This document shows positions 1-13,939 of a stretch of 64,000 bases of DNA, one piece after another. Source of the DNA: Anthoceros angustus. Its lineage: Eukaryota > Plantae > Anthocerotophyta. Both the position numbers and the translations under genes were made by a program. The stretch spans positions 186,001 through 250,000 of the forward strand of contig MU008173.1 in the NCBI GenBank assembly GCA_010909165.1, given 5' to 3'. The stretch's first letter is position 1. Each line of letters opens with the position of its first letter. The notes beneath the pieces are model-generated. The model had not been told where the DNA came from. It ran no database searches and saw nothing but the letters and a program-made list of their open reading frames with translations.

Positions 1-791
1 CACTGCTTGCAGCTTCTCGTTGTGGCTCAGCTTCATTTGCACACCGAACAAGTTAGCTTTCCCAGTGTGTACAACAGATCTCATAACAAGATGTCTTCTG
101 GCTCAGGGTGTGTGCAGAAACTAGCTAGCGGAAAGGTCATACATGAAAATTCGCCACGTTAAAAGTCGCATTAAATGAATCTCTAACGTGTTTGTCCAGT
201 CACTGTAGGTTTGGCTATATGCTTTGTTGCTTCCATGTCGCGATCGCATTCCAGCGGCCAAGTCGTTCAAGGATCTTGTCAGCCCTCGTCTGCGCTTCTT
301 GGAGGTCACACCTCAATGTTGCTGCAAGGGGGAATCAAACAGTTCAAGCTTCAGGATCATGTCAGCAACAAAATACTCCATAACCACGGTAGGCTCGGTG
401 GTGAAACGCACCTCCAAGGCGTCTGTGCTAAAGCTGAGAAATCCTAAGGTGGACTGGTCCGCACAACCGGGGCTTTCGGAAACCGACTTGCGCGTGAAGA
501 CTGTGAACCTATCCCTGCATCGCCAACCGAGGGAAATCCATGTCCGGTAGCTCGGAGGATCGGACTCCGAATTTGAATCGAAGCCAAACATGTGCCCATC
601 ATTTCGGTTTTGCGGGACACCTGAGACGTCTAGAGATGACCAGGTCGGGGGAGGAGGAGGGAGGGGCCTAAGAGGACAGCTCCTTTGGATACTGTGCTAG
701 TGGGATGTGGCGTGATCATCATCTTCGTCGTGAAGCCTGCAATCAATGTTTTAAAAATTAAATATTAAATTGACATCATGACTAACCGTGG

Positions 792-796
792 GCGGG

Positions 797-839
<43 letters not shown>

Positions 840-864
840 GCGTGTTCGATCCACGCTCACCGCA
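792..864 (+). tRNA. tRNA-Phe(GAA): tRNA-Phe (GAA), nuclear
   Basis: 73-nt canonical plant cytosolic tRNA-Phe GCGGGGATAGCTCAGTTGGGAGAGCGTCAGACTGAAGATCTGAAGGTCGCGTGTTCGATCCACGCTCACCGCA. A and B boxes intact; T5 run at 884-888. Confidence 0.98.
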
Positions 865-872
865 TATGTTGT

Positions 873-985
873 CAAAATTGCCCTTTTTCTGGGCAATGAA
901 TGGGTGACATCAAAATTGCCCTTTTTCTGGGCAATGAATGGGTGACATCAAAATTGCCCTTTTTCTGGGCAATGAATGGGTGACA
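873..985 (+). repeat. 3 x 38-bp tandem repeat containing the Pol III T-run
   Basis: Unit CAAAATTGCCCTTTTTCTGGGCAATGAATGGGTGACAT at 873, 911 and 949. Each contains the hairpin ATTGCCC-tttttct-GGGCAAT. Confidence 0.9.
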
Positions 986-1085
986 ACGAATGGGTGACAA
1001 CGACGACTCGCACTTCATGAGGGACAGCACGATATTGTGAATTTGTGGGGTGCTGTCCCTTTGTAGCAGCGGGGGTTGGTGCTGT

Positions 1086-2290
1086 GAAGAAGAAGAAGAA
1101 GAATTTTATTTGAGTCCACTAAGGACGGATTTCCGTCATGGGACTTGGTACTTGACAACTTGTACCATGGTGTGCTGAGCTACTTGCACCAAGGGCATCC
1201 ACTCCCTTTAGGCACCCCATCTAAGTACCGATCTAAGTTCAGGATGCTTAATCACGGCGTTCTTATAAATGTGTGTCCATTTGGCCTAAGCCATTTGGAC
1301 GTACTGTGGCTCCCTGCTATCGGTGGTTTGTCTTCGAAGTTTTGATTCTTCTCACTCGTACATTCTCATTGTCGATAACATCTGTTTACCTTACCCCTGT
1401 TTACCTTACCCCTAGAATGGTTAGGGCTGTTTTTAGAATTATGCCATCGGAGTAACAAACCTTGCATGAGAAGCATGCAGCCCTGGATCTCGTTAAAAAG
1501 TTGTAAGTAGTAGTGATAAGACTTAGCTTAGGGCTTAAGGAAGAAAGTCTGCTTTAGGCAGTGACTTTGGAAATGATGTAAACCTCCCTATAAAAAGGAG
1601 ATGAGGGCTATTGGAAATGATGTAAACCTCCCTATAAAAAGGAGATGAGGCTAGCCCTAGAGAAGCATCTTGTGATTCTAGCATGGGGAGCTACACTCTG
1701 GAGGATAGGACTTTGAAGCCTAGAGGCCTTGGGAGCCTGGAGTGTGAGCATGTCTAGAAGGATCTGGAGTGTGAGCATGTATAGAAGGATCCTAGTACTT
1801 GGGAGCTACACTCTTGTGAGGATAGGACTTTGGTGCCTATAGGCCTTGGGAGCCTAGAGTGTGAGCGTGCTAGAGGAGAGCTGTTGAGGAGGAGATCGAG
1901 GGGAGAGAGCTAAGCTCCTAGCTTAGGCAAAGATGGGGAGCTCTCTCTGATCTCTCATGTATTCTTGTTGACTCTTGCTGGAATAAATAGCAGCGGCAGA
2001 TGTGCTGACTGCGAGTCGTCCCGTGGAAGGACGGCGGGCTACTTGGAGGCCTAGTGCTGGTGTCTGGTGATGTGTTTATCGCTAAATGCGTGACTGCCCC
2101 ACCCCCCTAAAAAGGGGTGTTACTATCGGACTGTTTCTTCTTCCTACCCATATTATGCTGTGATTATGCTTAATCACGGCGTTCTTATAAATGTGTGTCC
2201 AAATGGGGCGTTCTTATAAATGTGTGTCCAAATGGCTTAGTGACGGAGATTCGTACTTAGTGGACTTTAATAAAATTCTTCTTCTTCTTC
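1086..2290. mobile_element. Unclassified 1.2-kb element bounded by ~50-bp inverted repeats ending in (TTC)n
   Basis: 1086-1138 (GAA)nTTTTATTTGAGTCCACTAAGGACGGATTTCCGTCA is a near reverse complement of 2241-2290 TGACGGAGATTCGTACTTAGTGGACTTTAATAAAA(TTC)n. Internal direct duplications at ~1243/2167, ~1567/1611 and ~1686/1801. Confidence 0.6.
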
Positions 2291-3522
2291 TAGCCAGTAT
2301 CGGTGGTCTGGTTAAATGACACCTCATTTCTACTACCTAGTCGTCCTGCGTTCCTAGCCCTGGCCGTAAAAATTTTCCTTCTGTCGGCCAGGAGCATCGC
2401 GTTCCGAAACACAGGCCTATCTGCCCGTGCCATAGTTCTTGCGGGTCTTTCCGCCAATGACCAAGGCGACAGGTTGTTTGCACACGGCGCTACCGGGATC
2501 AGGCGGCATCGCAATCTTGTTTCCCAGCCTGCCGGCAAGTGCTGCCTTCACTGTCTGCCGCACTTGAGGAGAGCTGGAGAAACCGCCCGCCAGCATCAGT
2601 GAATTCCATTACGGACGGTGGTGCAATCTGTAAGGGCCCGAGTCCTTGGAGCCATCGAAGGACTGTTTCATGTCGAACCAGACGTTGCGCAGGAAGCCGA
2701 TCTTGGCCCGCAGGAAGTTGAAGAAGTAGCAGTCCACATGCCTGCTGGCGCAGAGATCACCCGAGCTCTGCACTGCTTCCCTCATCACCAGCTCCTCTTT
2801 GCCGTGGTCGTCCTCGGTGTGGAGCCTCGGCTGCTCAGCGTCTTGCAATACTCCCATGACCGGTCGCAGTCCGGCCAGTCGGAGGGGGTATAGGCATATC
2901 AGGCTTGTCCTTGAGCGCACATGCGAAGGCCGCGAAAGTGGTGCCCAAATCAATCCCCACTACCACTTGTTCCTCTTCGCCATCGATGGCGCTGCCAGGC
3001 AGCCACCTTCGAAGCTATGCGGAGACTTGAGGAGGCCAGCAAACCCAAGGTTAACCTTGCTCACCGCTAATTCAACAGCACGTTCCTCACAGCCTTCGCA
3101 GCGATCTTTAGTTGGGAGCAAGGGTTCCAGTGTCCACTTGGCAGCCACCCTGTGCTCGTAGAAGAGCCGAAGTACCAGAAGCATCACTGGAAATGATTGA
3201 GGCGGTTGCGAGCAGGCCCCCAGCTTCGATTTCAAAATGGCAACATCGCAAAGTGAGTTCAAGCACCAGCTTCCAAGAGCGATGCAAGCAAAGCACTGCA
3301 AGCTGCGCAATACGTGGAGCAGCCTTGTGGAGCTTCGTCCAAAATTTGGAGCCTGAACACTATGCACAGAGCACTCCTGAAAGCCCGACGCCTCAGAGTC
3401 AGCAGCTGACAGCAAGTCTCGACATTGTCCCCTATCTGCTCTGAGAGCTTCATCGACTTCAAAAGCTTTGAAGATGAGGCCGGTGGGGAGGTATGATACA
3501 TCGGGAGCACTAAAGTGGATCA

Positions 3523-5191
3523 TCACCGGCGGTCGCTGTCTTGCTCTCCACTGTGCACCTGGTAGTTCAGAGAGATGACGTAAGGTGACTCGTCTACTTC
3601 CTGGATCTCGCCAACGTCAAGCGCCAAGGCCTCTGGATGTGGAGCCATATCCCTTGGGGCAATCAAAGCCCTCGGTGCCTTAGAGCCAGCATTTTCGATG
3701 GAGTTCGCCACCCCGAAATGCTGGTCACGAAGGTCCCGCTGTGAGAGCGAGCCCTCGCCTCCTGTGAGTCTACCCTGATCAGCAAGTCCATCGTAGTGGT
3801 AGAAGCTACCATCCAGAGAAGGGCTCGGGTCATAATCATTCTCCATGCTTATGAGGTCGGGATGCTGGCTTAAAGGGGGTCTGTTTGCCTCGTTAGCAAG
3901 AAGCCTGGCTTGCTCGCTCGGAACTTCCTGAGGCTCCTTCCTGCCCATCCCCAGCGCTAGGTAGAAGTTTTGGACGTGCGTCTTGGCATGAGACAACATC
4001 CCACTGCTGGGAGGAGGCCCTGCCTGCAAGAAACAAGTCAAGCTTAGGATTGTTGCAAATATGTTCAGTAGTATATTCACTCAAAGGGTAGGGCAGACTG
4101 TTACCCCATCCAAGCCCCGATTGTTGGACACAAAGCTTTTGTAACAGACTGCTCCACATCCAGTGACAACCACAATGGTCAGGCAAACAATGCTCCACTC
4201 TGCACAGCACAGGATTGAAGTCGATGAGCCGTAAGTTGGATGTGCAGTTGGTTTTCTAGCAGCTTCTGAGTTTCTAGACAAGATGACATGAGAAAAGAAT
4301 GCAGGTCACCTGAGAGTAGACCTCCTGTGGACCCGCCTGAAGGGCTATCGTTTGAGGGCTGCTTCTTGCAGCACGTTGAGTCAAGGAAAATAGCTCTGAT
4401 AGCATTGTTGCCCCTGTCTACAACAGTCAGAGCACACGTTACTCTGTCGATGGACAACTCAATATCAGAAGATAACTTTGCATCTTCACCCGGGCCATCC
4501 AGAAAACCGTATTGGTCTCCTCCCGCCATCGTAGTTACTCTCCCAGCTGCGTTCCACAGTAAAGCCAGTGAGTAGGCGAATGTGAAAGGAGAAGTGGCGG
4601 ACCAGCGTGAAGCTGTCTCTCAGCAAAATAATACCTGAAATTTTCCTGATAGCCCCATAATTCTTGCTGTCGTCGACGTAGATATTGCCCACATCATCGG
4701 CCACTACGCTCTTGGGGTGGTCAAACGTAGCAGAGGAAGCATCCCCGTCTGAATACCCGTGAACCCCAGTACCCGCTACAACCTGTATTTTGCTGTCTGC
4801 CATCAGGGGAACAAGCGCTGGTAAGTCCCCTGCAACTGTCACAGTGCCTTGAAAAACTGGGAGGCGGTGACAAATACATACTCTGAGACAATGGTGAGCT
4901 GATCAACAGCACTTGGCTGTGGGTGGTGTCTAAACCCACCCAGGAACCTGATGGGTGTGGAGTGATGCTGTGGACAAACACACCCAACGGATTGCCTTTG
5001 AGTATCGTGTCTACACTGTACCCTTGATCGTAATGGACCTTCGCTATACCTGCAATTGCTGAGTGTCAGTGATGGTCACTTCCTACGGCCTGTTCACTTG
5101 CAGACGAAAAGCCGTGCAGATCACCTGACTGAAACAGCGTAAGCAAGCCAATCACGAAAGAAACGGCAAGAACTCCTGCCCGCCGCGACAT
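3523..5191 (-). CDS. NHL-repeat (beta-propeller) single-pass membrane protein, multi-exon
   Basis: Signal peptide MSRRAGVLAVSFVIGLLTLFQS (ATG 5191, donor after 5125). Exons encode GYSVDTILKGNPLG, VVAGTGVHGYSDGDASSATFDHPKSVVADDVGNIYV..AIRKIS and AGG..GFLDGPGEDAKLS...VVDRGNNAIRAI, typical of plant NHL-domain proteins. TM segment WSIVCLTIVVVTGCGAVCY; stop at 3523. Internal exon borders approximate. Confidence 0.85.
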
Positions 5192-5775
5192 CGCGTGACG
5201 CTGGCGGCCTTCAGGGCTTGGCCCATCTATGAATCACTGATGGACAGCATCCGGACCGTAGCAATGATCTGCCAGAGCTGGGGGTAACCCTGAAGGGGAA
5301 CGGTGGAACCGCGAGTTCTCGTGTTCCAACTTGCCGTTTCGGGTTTACGGGGATGGAATGTACCAGACATATTGCTGTAATACGAGGTAAACAAAATATT
5401 TCGCCAATCGTACATCATCCATGGAAGGAAAACTGGTGTACGAGGGCCACTACAAGAGTTTACAACACTTCCGAATGTGAATCAAGATGTCAGTTGGGTT
5501 GTACAATATCCAACTCCAATTCACAACTTCAAGCCGGAACAACGTTGACAGATGTTGCAACTTCAGCTCGTCCTGCTGTTCCATGGGGAGTCATCCAGCA
5601 GCAGCACGCCGTTATCGAGAGAGATTTCCTCCCCTCCAGCTCGAAGAACCTGAACCAAAAAACCCGGGAAAGGAAAAGGTGTCCAGGAATCAGATCTAAG
5701 TACGTCGTGGTCGCAATATGCCTGGGCCTTGAGGTTCCTCAGCAGCTTGGAAACGGTACAAGTATCAGCTATGCT

Positions 5776-7317
<1,542 letters not shown>

Positions 7318-7319
7318 TT

Positions 7320-7333
7320 AAACCCTAAACCCT
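7320..7333 (+). promoter_or_regulatory. Telo-box (AAACCCTAA, tandem) just upstream of the RUVBL2 start
   Basis: AAACCCTAAACCCT 18 bp from the RUVBL2 ATG, within the 508-bp divergent RUVBL2/syntaxin interval. Confidence 0.55.
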
Positions 7334-7810
7334 GAACAAGGAGAAGAAGTTTGTTTACCGTGAAGCCGCAGCAAAACGAGCATCTATAAGTAGGCGGAAT
7401 TGCTGCTTGTCTTGTTGCGGCTTCAGGGTTCGCACGTCTGGAGTCGAGCCGCTGAGCCGATTGCAAGTGCCGTGAATCGTGAGACGTGAACCGCGAGTCG
7501 TGAAGCGGGTGTCACTCTTCATTTGAACTTTACCGCGTTTGACTGGCAGAATATTGCGGCCTTGGTGGCCCTTTTCCCGGTCCCTTCCGCTGCTCCCGCC
7601 TTGGCCGTGTTGGCGCCTTCCGCCGTCCATTTACATATCGTGTTTTCCTTCTCTCGAGGCGAGCGTGGGAAACCTGTGCTGCTCCGGCAACAGGTGAACT
7701 CCCCGGCTGTGTCGGCGGGTTTTTCCCTGGATAGATAGAACCCTCCAGATTGTGCAGGAGCTCCCTGGAGCTGATCGGACTGTGGCAGCAAGGTTCTCCA
7801 GGTGGTCACC

Positions 7811-9010
7811 ATGAATGATCTTCTCTCGAAGTCGTTTTCGGCGGGCAAGGCCAGAAATTATCTTGATTTGAAGAGGGAGAGCTTCCGAGATGTGGAGCTT
7901 GGGAATGAGACCGAGATGACGAAGATGGAGGCGGAGAGGAACCTCAAGGCCTTTTTTGCCGAAGTGGATGGCATCAAGAATGAAATGGCACAAATCAGGC
8001 AGATTCTGCTCAAGCTGCAAGACGCCAATGAGGAAAGCAAGACTATCCACAAAGCGGCTGCAATGAAAGCTCTGAGGGATCGTATGGACAAGGATATCGA
8101 GGCGGTGAGTAAGATGGCGAGATCGATCAAACAGAGGCTTGAGGAGCTGGACAGGGCTAATCTGGCCAGCCGGAAAGTTCCCGGCTGTGAGGAAGGCACC
8201 TCCAATGACCGAACCCGGATTAACATCACCAATGGCGAGAGGAAGAAGCTCATAGCCCTAATGGGAGACTTTCAGGCTCTTCGGGAGAAGATGAGGGGGG
8301 AGTACAAGGAGACCATTGAGAGGAGGTATTACACTGTGACAGGTCAGAGGCCTGATGATGCCACGATTGATCACATCATTGAAACTGGGGAGAGTGAGAG
8401 TTTCCTTCAGAAGGCCATTCAGGAGCAAGGGAGAGGTCAGATTATTGAGACCATCCGGGAGATTCAGGAACGTCATGATGCTGTCAAGGATATTGAAAGG
8501 AGTCTGCTGGAACTTCACCAGATCTTTTTGGACATGTCTGTGCTGGTGGAGGCGCAGGGAGAGCAGCTTAATGACATCGAGCAGCAGGTAGATTTCAAGG
8601 CCATCTTCTTCTGAGATTATTGGTGGTTTGCAATTGGTTTGTCCAGGCATGCATTGGGTGGGATGCTCGATGCTTGTATTTCGGAATGTGTCCGCAAATA
8701 TGGGCCTGTCTGTGGTAGAATCTCCTCTCCGTTTCACTTCAAGTCTTGTGAGCCCTAATGACGTTGCTTGGGTCCCTACTTTCTTTACGTTGGGGAAGTG
8801 TTGCGTTAAATTATGATTGTCTATTAACTTCGATTCTCTGTGCAGGTCATAAGGACTTCCTCATATATCGAGAGAGGCACAGCACAGCTGCGCACTGCAA
8901 AGAAGCACCAGAGAAACACACGCAAATGGACGTGCATTGCCATCATCATTCTCTTAGTAATCATACTGGTCATTGTTGTGCCAATCATTGTCTCCTTAAA
9001 AAAGAGCTAA
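7811..9010 (+). CDS. Plasma-membrane Qa-SNARE syntaxin (SYP12/SYP13 type); exons 7811-8587 and 8846-9010
   Basis: MNDLLSKSF, ERRYYTVTG, FLQKAIQEQGRGQ, EIQERHDAVKDIERSLLELHQIFLDMSVLVEAQGEQLNDIE. Exon 2 gives AKKHQRNTRKWTCIAIIILLVIILVIVVPII (C-terminal TM anchor). Confidence 0.96.
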
Positions 9011-11749
9011 AGACCGGAGTGCAGCTTGGAAGGAAGTACAGCTTCTGGTCATGTTGCCGGGTTACGAAACGTTTGCTGTAAGTTTTGGGGCGATGTTAAG
9101 GTGGGAGTAGGAGTTGCGGATTACTGCCTCATTTATGTCGGGGATATTTTAGGTGTAGGTGTGGTAATATTTGCTTTGTTGGTGGATAGAATAGATGGTA
9201 AGAGAACTGGAGTGATAGGCAGAGAAGGACGCTTTGCACCTGCTACCGGAAACACGAGTGTCTACTAAATAATATGGTACGCAGGTGCCCAGGTTTGCAC
9301 TGACTTGACATCTCTGGGAGACAGGGAATGGAATTCTCGGTGCCCGTTGCATGCCCGAGAAATTGGTTACCAATTGCTGTTCTGAGGATAGATCGTCATA
9401 AGGGCTGGGTAATGGCCATTGCGGGCATACGCATTTCGGAAGTGCATTTAGCTTTACAAACTGGGTGCAACCTGGCCATCAGTTTGGTGTATGCTGCACT
9501 GGCTCTTGCGGCCAGCTTTTGTAACGTTCACTCCCTGTACAATATGAGCCGGGCTACAATGTTCTCCGATTCCCGAGTGCGTGCGGTGCTCAACTCGATC
9601 TGGTGGAGTTCGCCGCCCACTCTCACTCCCTGCCATGGGATGGGGGCTTCAGGTACCATGCCCGAGCAGATTGAAGTAGAAAGTTACATGTTTACTGCCT
9701 TTTCTTAAAATGTTTATTGATTTATTTATTTACCAAAAAAATATCAAAGTTTCAGTTCATGGAGGGAAGTTTATCACATCCATGGGTCAAGGTTTTGTAA
9801 GTAGGTATGCTATATTATACCTATTATCTATAAAATATAATACCATTGCAATCATATTGAACATCAAAGTTCTTATGTTTAAGAGAATATTTTGATGTAA
9901 GATCTTCTATTATGCATCTATTGTATGATATAATAAGTGGATTATATGAAAATTAAGTTTTACATGTGTTATGTCAAGGTGTAAGTGAAGTGTAAGAATG
10001 ATTCAGCTGTTAACATTATTATTTGACAAATTTCTTAACACATTCGTATACTCGGCGACGTAGCAAGGTATGATCAGTCCACAAGCTGTGCACACACAAT
10101 TGGGATAGCTAATGGAAATAGGCTCTTCATGCGATTAGGTGGTTCACAATTCTTTTAGTCTTTCCATTCTTGTCACGTACAACTGTTTAAAACGAGAGAC
10201 CATCTTTGAATTCAATTCACTTCGGCCTTCAACTTCATAGCTTTCTTCTTCTACCACCAACAGTAGCCATCTTTAATACTTTGGGTCTATCAATGTCTCT
10301 TCTTCTACCACCGACAGCAGCCATTTTGTCTCCTTTCTCACAGACATAATTGCAGCCTCTTTACACAGATTCATGGAAGCAACTAGAGCATTCCTAGCCC
10401 GTATGAAGATAGCATGAAATGTGTAAATTATTACAATCGATTACAAGACGGCTCGGGTGTGCGAGACACTTTCGGTGTAAAATATTGTTGAACCCTTAAA
10501 GATAGCCATCAATCAGCAAAGAACCAAAGAAGCAGACTCAAAAATTCAGATATTGAAGACACAAGGACAAAACACAAAACAACAATAGACTTAAGTTTCA
10601 AAAGAAAAATGCTCAAATGTCTCACTTGGTGAAAAAATGCTTCCAAACAAATAAGACTAACCTTCTTCATCAACACAACTTGAAAACTTTCGACCAGGTT
10701 TCTGGAAAATAGGCTCACGCACAAGATAAGTTCCCTCATAATGCACCATAACTTCATCAACACCCAGTGCATCATATGCCATAGCATACATATATGTGCA
10801 CTTCACCCATTTTCGTGTGAAAAGAATCGACTAGACCACTTCAATCAAGGACTCCTTTGGGCTAGCTAAAGCAACAGCAAGCAGACTTCACATAGTTGTT
10901 TTCCAGCAAGGGGAGGCAAACGTTGAGGCTTGATGAGAAATGATTCTCAACCGTTTAGATGTTAGGCCTTCTGTCAGAAAGCAGTCCCACACGAGGGTGC
11001 CAAAGATGTTTATTGATAAAGTGCTTAACAAGTTAGCTGGATTATAAATCTAGCAGGGTATATTAGTCCAAAAGCCATGCACACAGGCAACTGAAAAGAC
11101 CAAACTGATGGAACTTACCTCTTTTCCAAGCAAGATGCCATTATTTTTTTGGAGGCGGTGGTGAATGAAACTAACTTGATCAAGAGATCCACAACTTCGC
11201 TTAACCCATTCAAATTGACACTGGTAGACGAGGCGAACAAGGTGCTTGATACATCAGTGGGTTGGTGACGCCTGCCACCTTTCATTAGGTGCAGGATTAA
11301 GTGGATGCGACAATAGTCCCCTTGGGGAGCCAGCAAGATGTATCTAGGAAGGTGTACCTTCAGATTTTAAGAGGAGCACATAAGAAATAATAAACAAATC
11401 TTCACGCAAGAGCATAGCTTTTGGTGGAAGCCCATGTCAATGTGGTCAGGTGTTCCAACTCCTGGAAATGTTCGTTGTTGCTTGGCGTGTCAACTAACTG
11501 TCCATTATTGTTTGTTGCTTTGGCTGGTGTATGTTTTTGTTGACAAGCTGTTGTCCAGTAACGTTACTATTTGATTCACCTGGAACGACCTCAATTGGAA
11601 TCTGCAACTAGCATACCTATCACAGAGATGGAGGCTTACGTCATTCTCTTATCTTCCTGCCACCTTCTTGTAGGCCCTTTATAACTACTCAAAATGATTT
11701 GCAATGCAAGAAAAGCTGTTGATGAAGATCCAGATGAAGAGCCAGACAT

Positions 11750-12060
11750 CAAACAGCATCTGTATAGAAAGGGGTTTCTCCTGAAACCCCTTTTTACCAC
11801 GGATGTGGCCGGACCCCTTTTTGCACAAGAAAAAATCCGCACTATAATCAGCCTTTTTGGTATTTCTGTGCAGACATGTCACCCGCAACCTTGTGAATAA
11901 TTGTTTCGATACACATTATTTGAGATTGTAGATTACAAGTACGTGGCAAAAACCTAAAGTCTCATTCTCGTTCGGCTTTTTCTTTCAAACTTGACATAGA
12001 ATTCGTGCGCAAACTTGTGCACGCACTTATATCTACACATGTCTCCAACACCTGGCAATG
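11750..12060. repeat. Dispersed repeat, second copy at ~25805-26105
   Basis: TAGAAAGGGGTTTCTCCTGAAACCCCTTTTT...AAGTACGTGGCAAAAACCTAAAGT...CTCCAACA present at both loci with high identity. Confidence 0.85.
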
Positions 12061-12070
12061 GTATATCATT

Positions 12071-12745
12071 CTAGCTAGTTTGGTGAATCTTGTCTTTCGA
12101 ACCTGGGAACGATGATGTCATCGTTCGCTTGCAGCTATTGAGGATCGTAAATAGCAAGAGGAGGATCTGTCGTGTCTCCACCTTGGGATTCGCCAAAGCC
12201 AAACGTCTCCAGATGTTGACTGTCCCAAGTAGGGTCGCTTTCTTCTGGTCTTGGCACTTCTTTCCCATCCTAGTTCTTAGGCTTTTCCGTATCCTTTTTG
12301 CCGTCTTTCTCCTTTTTCTTCTAGGGCCCCTGTGTTCTTGAAGGTCGATGGGTGTGCATGTTCCTTGAATCAAGGTAAGTGTTGCAGCCCTCGGCTTAAC
12401 TGATCTCCCTCCTGCCATCTCCTTGGCGAAAAAAACCAAATGTCCACATTTGTGTGGTTTGGTAGTCAACTCTTCCTCGTCGGTAGGAAATACTTTATGG
12501 CCTGTAATACGCTGTTCGATGAATATGGTGCTCCTTTGTTCTTAGTCAACAACAATACAGTTACGCCCTTCTAGTAATGCCGCCAGTATTCCACTCCCGC
12601 TTCCCGAGCATCCATCTATAACCTATTCCCCTCTTTCTGTGAAAAGGTCGTATAGCAACACCATCAACCCTATTGGCTTTTGGTAAGGAGAAACAACGTG
12701 GCCATCGTTAGACACATTCAAAAGTTTCTTCACGACTGCGGGGTG
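12071..12745 (-). pseudogene. Beta-class N4C/N6A DNA methyltransferase, C-terminal half (subfamily A), 5'-truncated
   Basis: Minus strand from ~12690 reads PYQKPIGLMVLLYDLFTERGE*VIDGCSGSGSGILAALLEGRNCIVVD*EQRSTIFIEQRITGHKVFPTDEEELTTKPHK. This matches the QKP...GDxVLDPFxGSGT...GR C-terminus of N6_N4_Mtase (PF01555). Two in-frame stops; continues into ORF 12071-12469. Confidence 0.8.
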
Positions 12746-13939
12746 TGGGCACGGTTAGGTATACCACATTTTGTGACATATGCAAATGTGCACTATTTGC
12801 TGCATATACGGCGAGTTTCGGTTATCGAATATTTATATAGTTTGAAGTTAAGTCAAATTTGGAGCGTGAACATGTCATGTCTGGTGAACTTGGGAAGCAG
12901 TCTGGCTGGTAGTGGCGGTTTCGACTTCACGCTGGAGCTCTCGGGCGTCGCTTGACACCATCGCCATTTGGAGTGTTCGGGAGGAAGGGAGGAGGGTGAC
13001 TCATCCACAATGAGGTCCCCAGTTAGAGGCCGAGGCGGCGCGGAAGGGAGATCGGGCCGGCCGGGGAGGACAACCAAGTTGAGCCACCTGTCTGCGAGGT
13101 GCGAGGTCGCCTCGAGCAATTGCTGGGGTTGAGGCTTGCGTTCTTTGCCATGACCACCTCTACTGACATCACCATTGCTTGAAACGCCCACCTAGGAGCT
13201 CGGAAGCCGGATGCGGACGGCCTCCAGGTATGATTGCATGTTTGGAAAGTTTAGGGTGCGATTGGGTGAGGTGGTGATCGTCAAGTGCAAGGCCTCTTAC
13301 GCCCAAGGTGGGAGGCACCTCTATTAGAGGTTAAATTTGCAAGGGGGTGAATATACACATTGGGGGTTGAGTGCCTTTTATCCTCCGAAGAGGGTTCCAC
13401 ATGGGTGTAAAACATGTGTATACGGGGATTCCCATCAAATGTAGCACCAAAACATGGTATCCCACCATTGGTTGTATTGTGTTGCCGATTGTCAGACGCA
13501 TGTGAAGGGTTTCGACATTCCAGAACTTTACCCTTTCCCTTATAATCGGACCCATGTGGTCGACCGTTCATGCCGGTGTTCTGCAGGTTCTTCCTCCCTT
13601 TCAAGTAGGGTTCTAAGTGAGAACATCGAAGTAAGCTCTTTAGATGTGGTCTTAAACAGTCAATGCACGCGTTTCCAGAGTAGTGTGGGGAGAGGACGTC
13701 GGCCGGCCGGCGCCCTCTCCCCACAGTCTTAGGTGCGACCCCGAAGGACACAGTGCACGGCTCCTGTTCTCGCTTCCCACGCACTATTTCGTGAATGCCT
13801 CCCTGATTACGGGTCTTTTGCCGACAAAGGTTGGGTTAGATATGTTTGGAAGTGGAATGAGCATCACATGGGCCGGCCCGTGACGCTTAATTGACGGCCA
13901 TTAGCCATACCGCACAAACCGCAGAAGGTCATGCAACGT

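Noticed and set aside
1-720. Minus-strand ORFs 313-591 and 121-309
   Set aside because: No recognisable domain and no convincing gene model; could be part of a gene running off the window.
2609-3526. 188-aa and 114-aa minus-strand ORFs directly after the NHL stop (TGATG overlap)
   Set aside because: No recognisable motifs. Bacterial-style translational coupling is unlikely in a nuclear gene; may be UTR or an unrecognised small gene.
10030-11600. Stop-riddled minus-strand coding-like sequence
   Set aside because: Could not be assigned to any family by eye.
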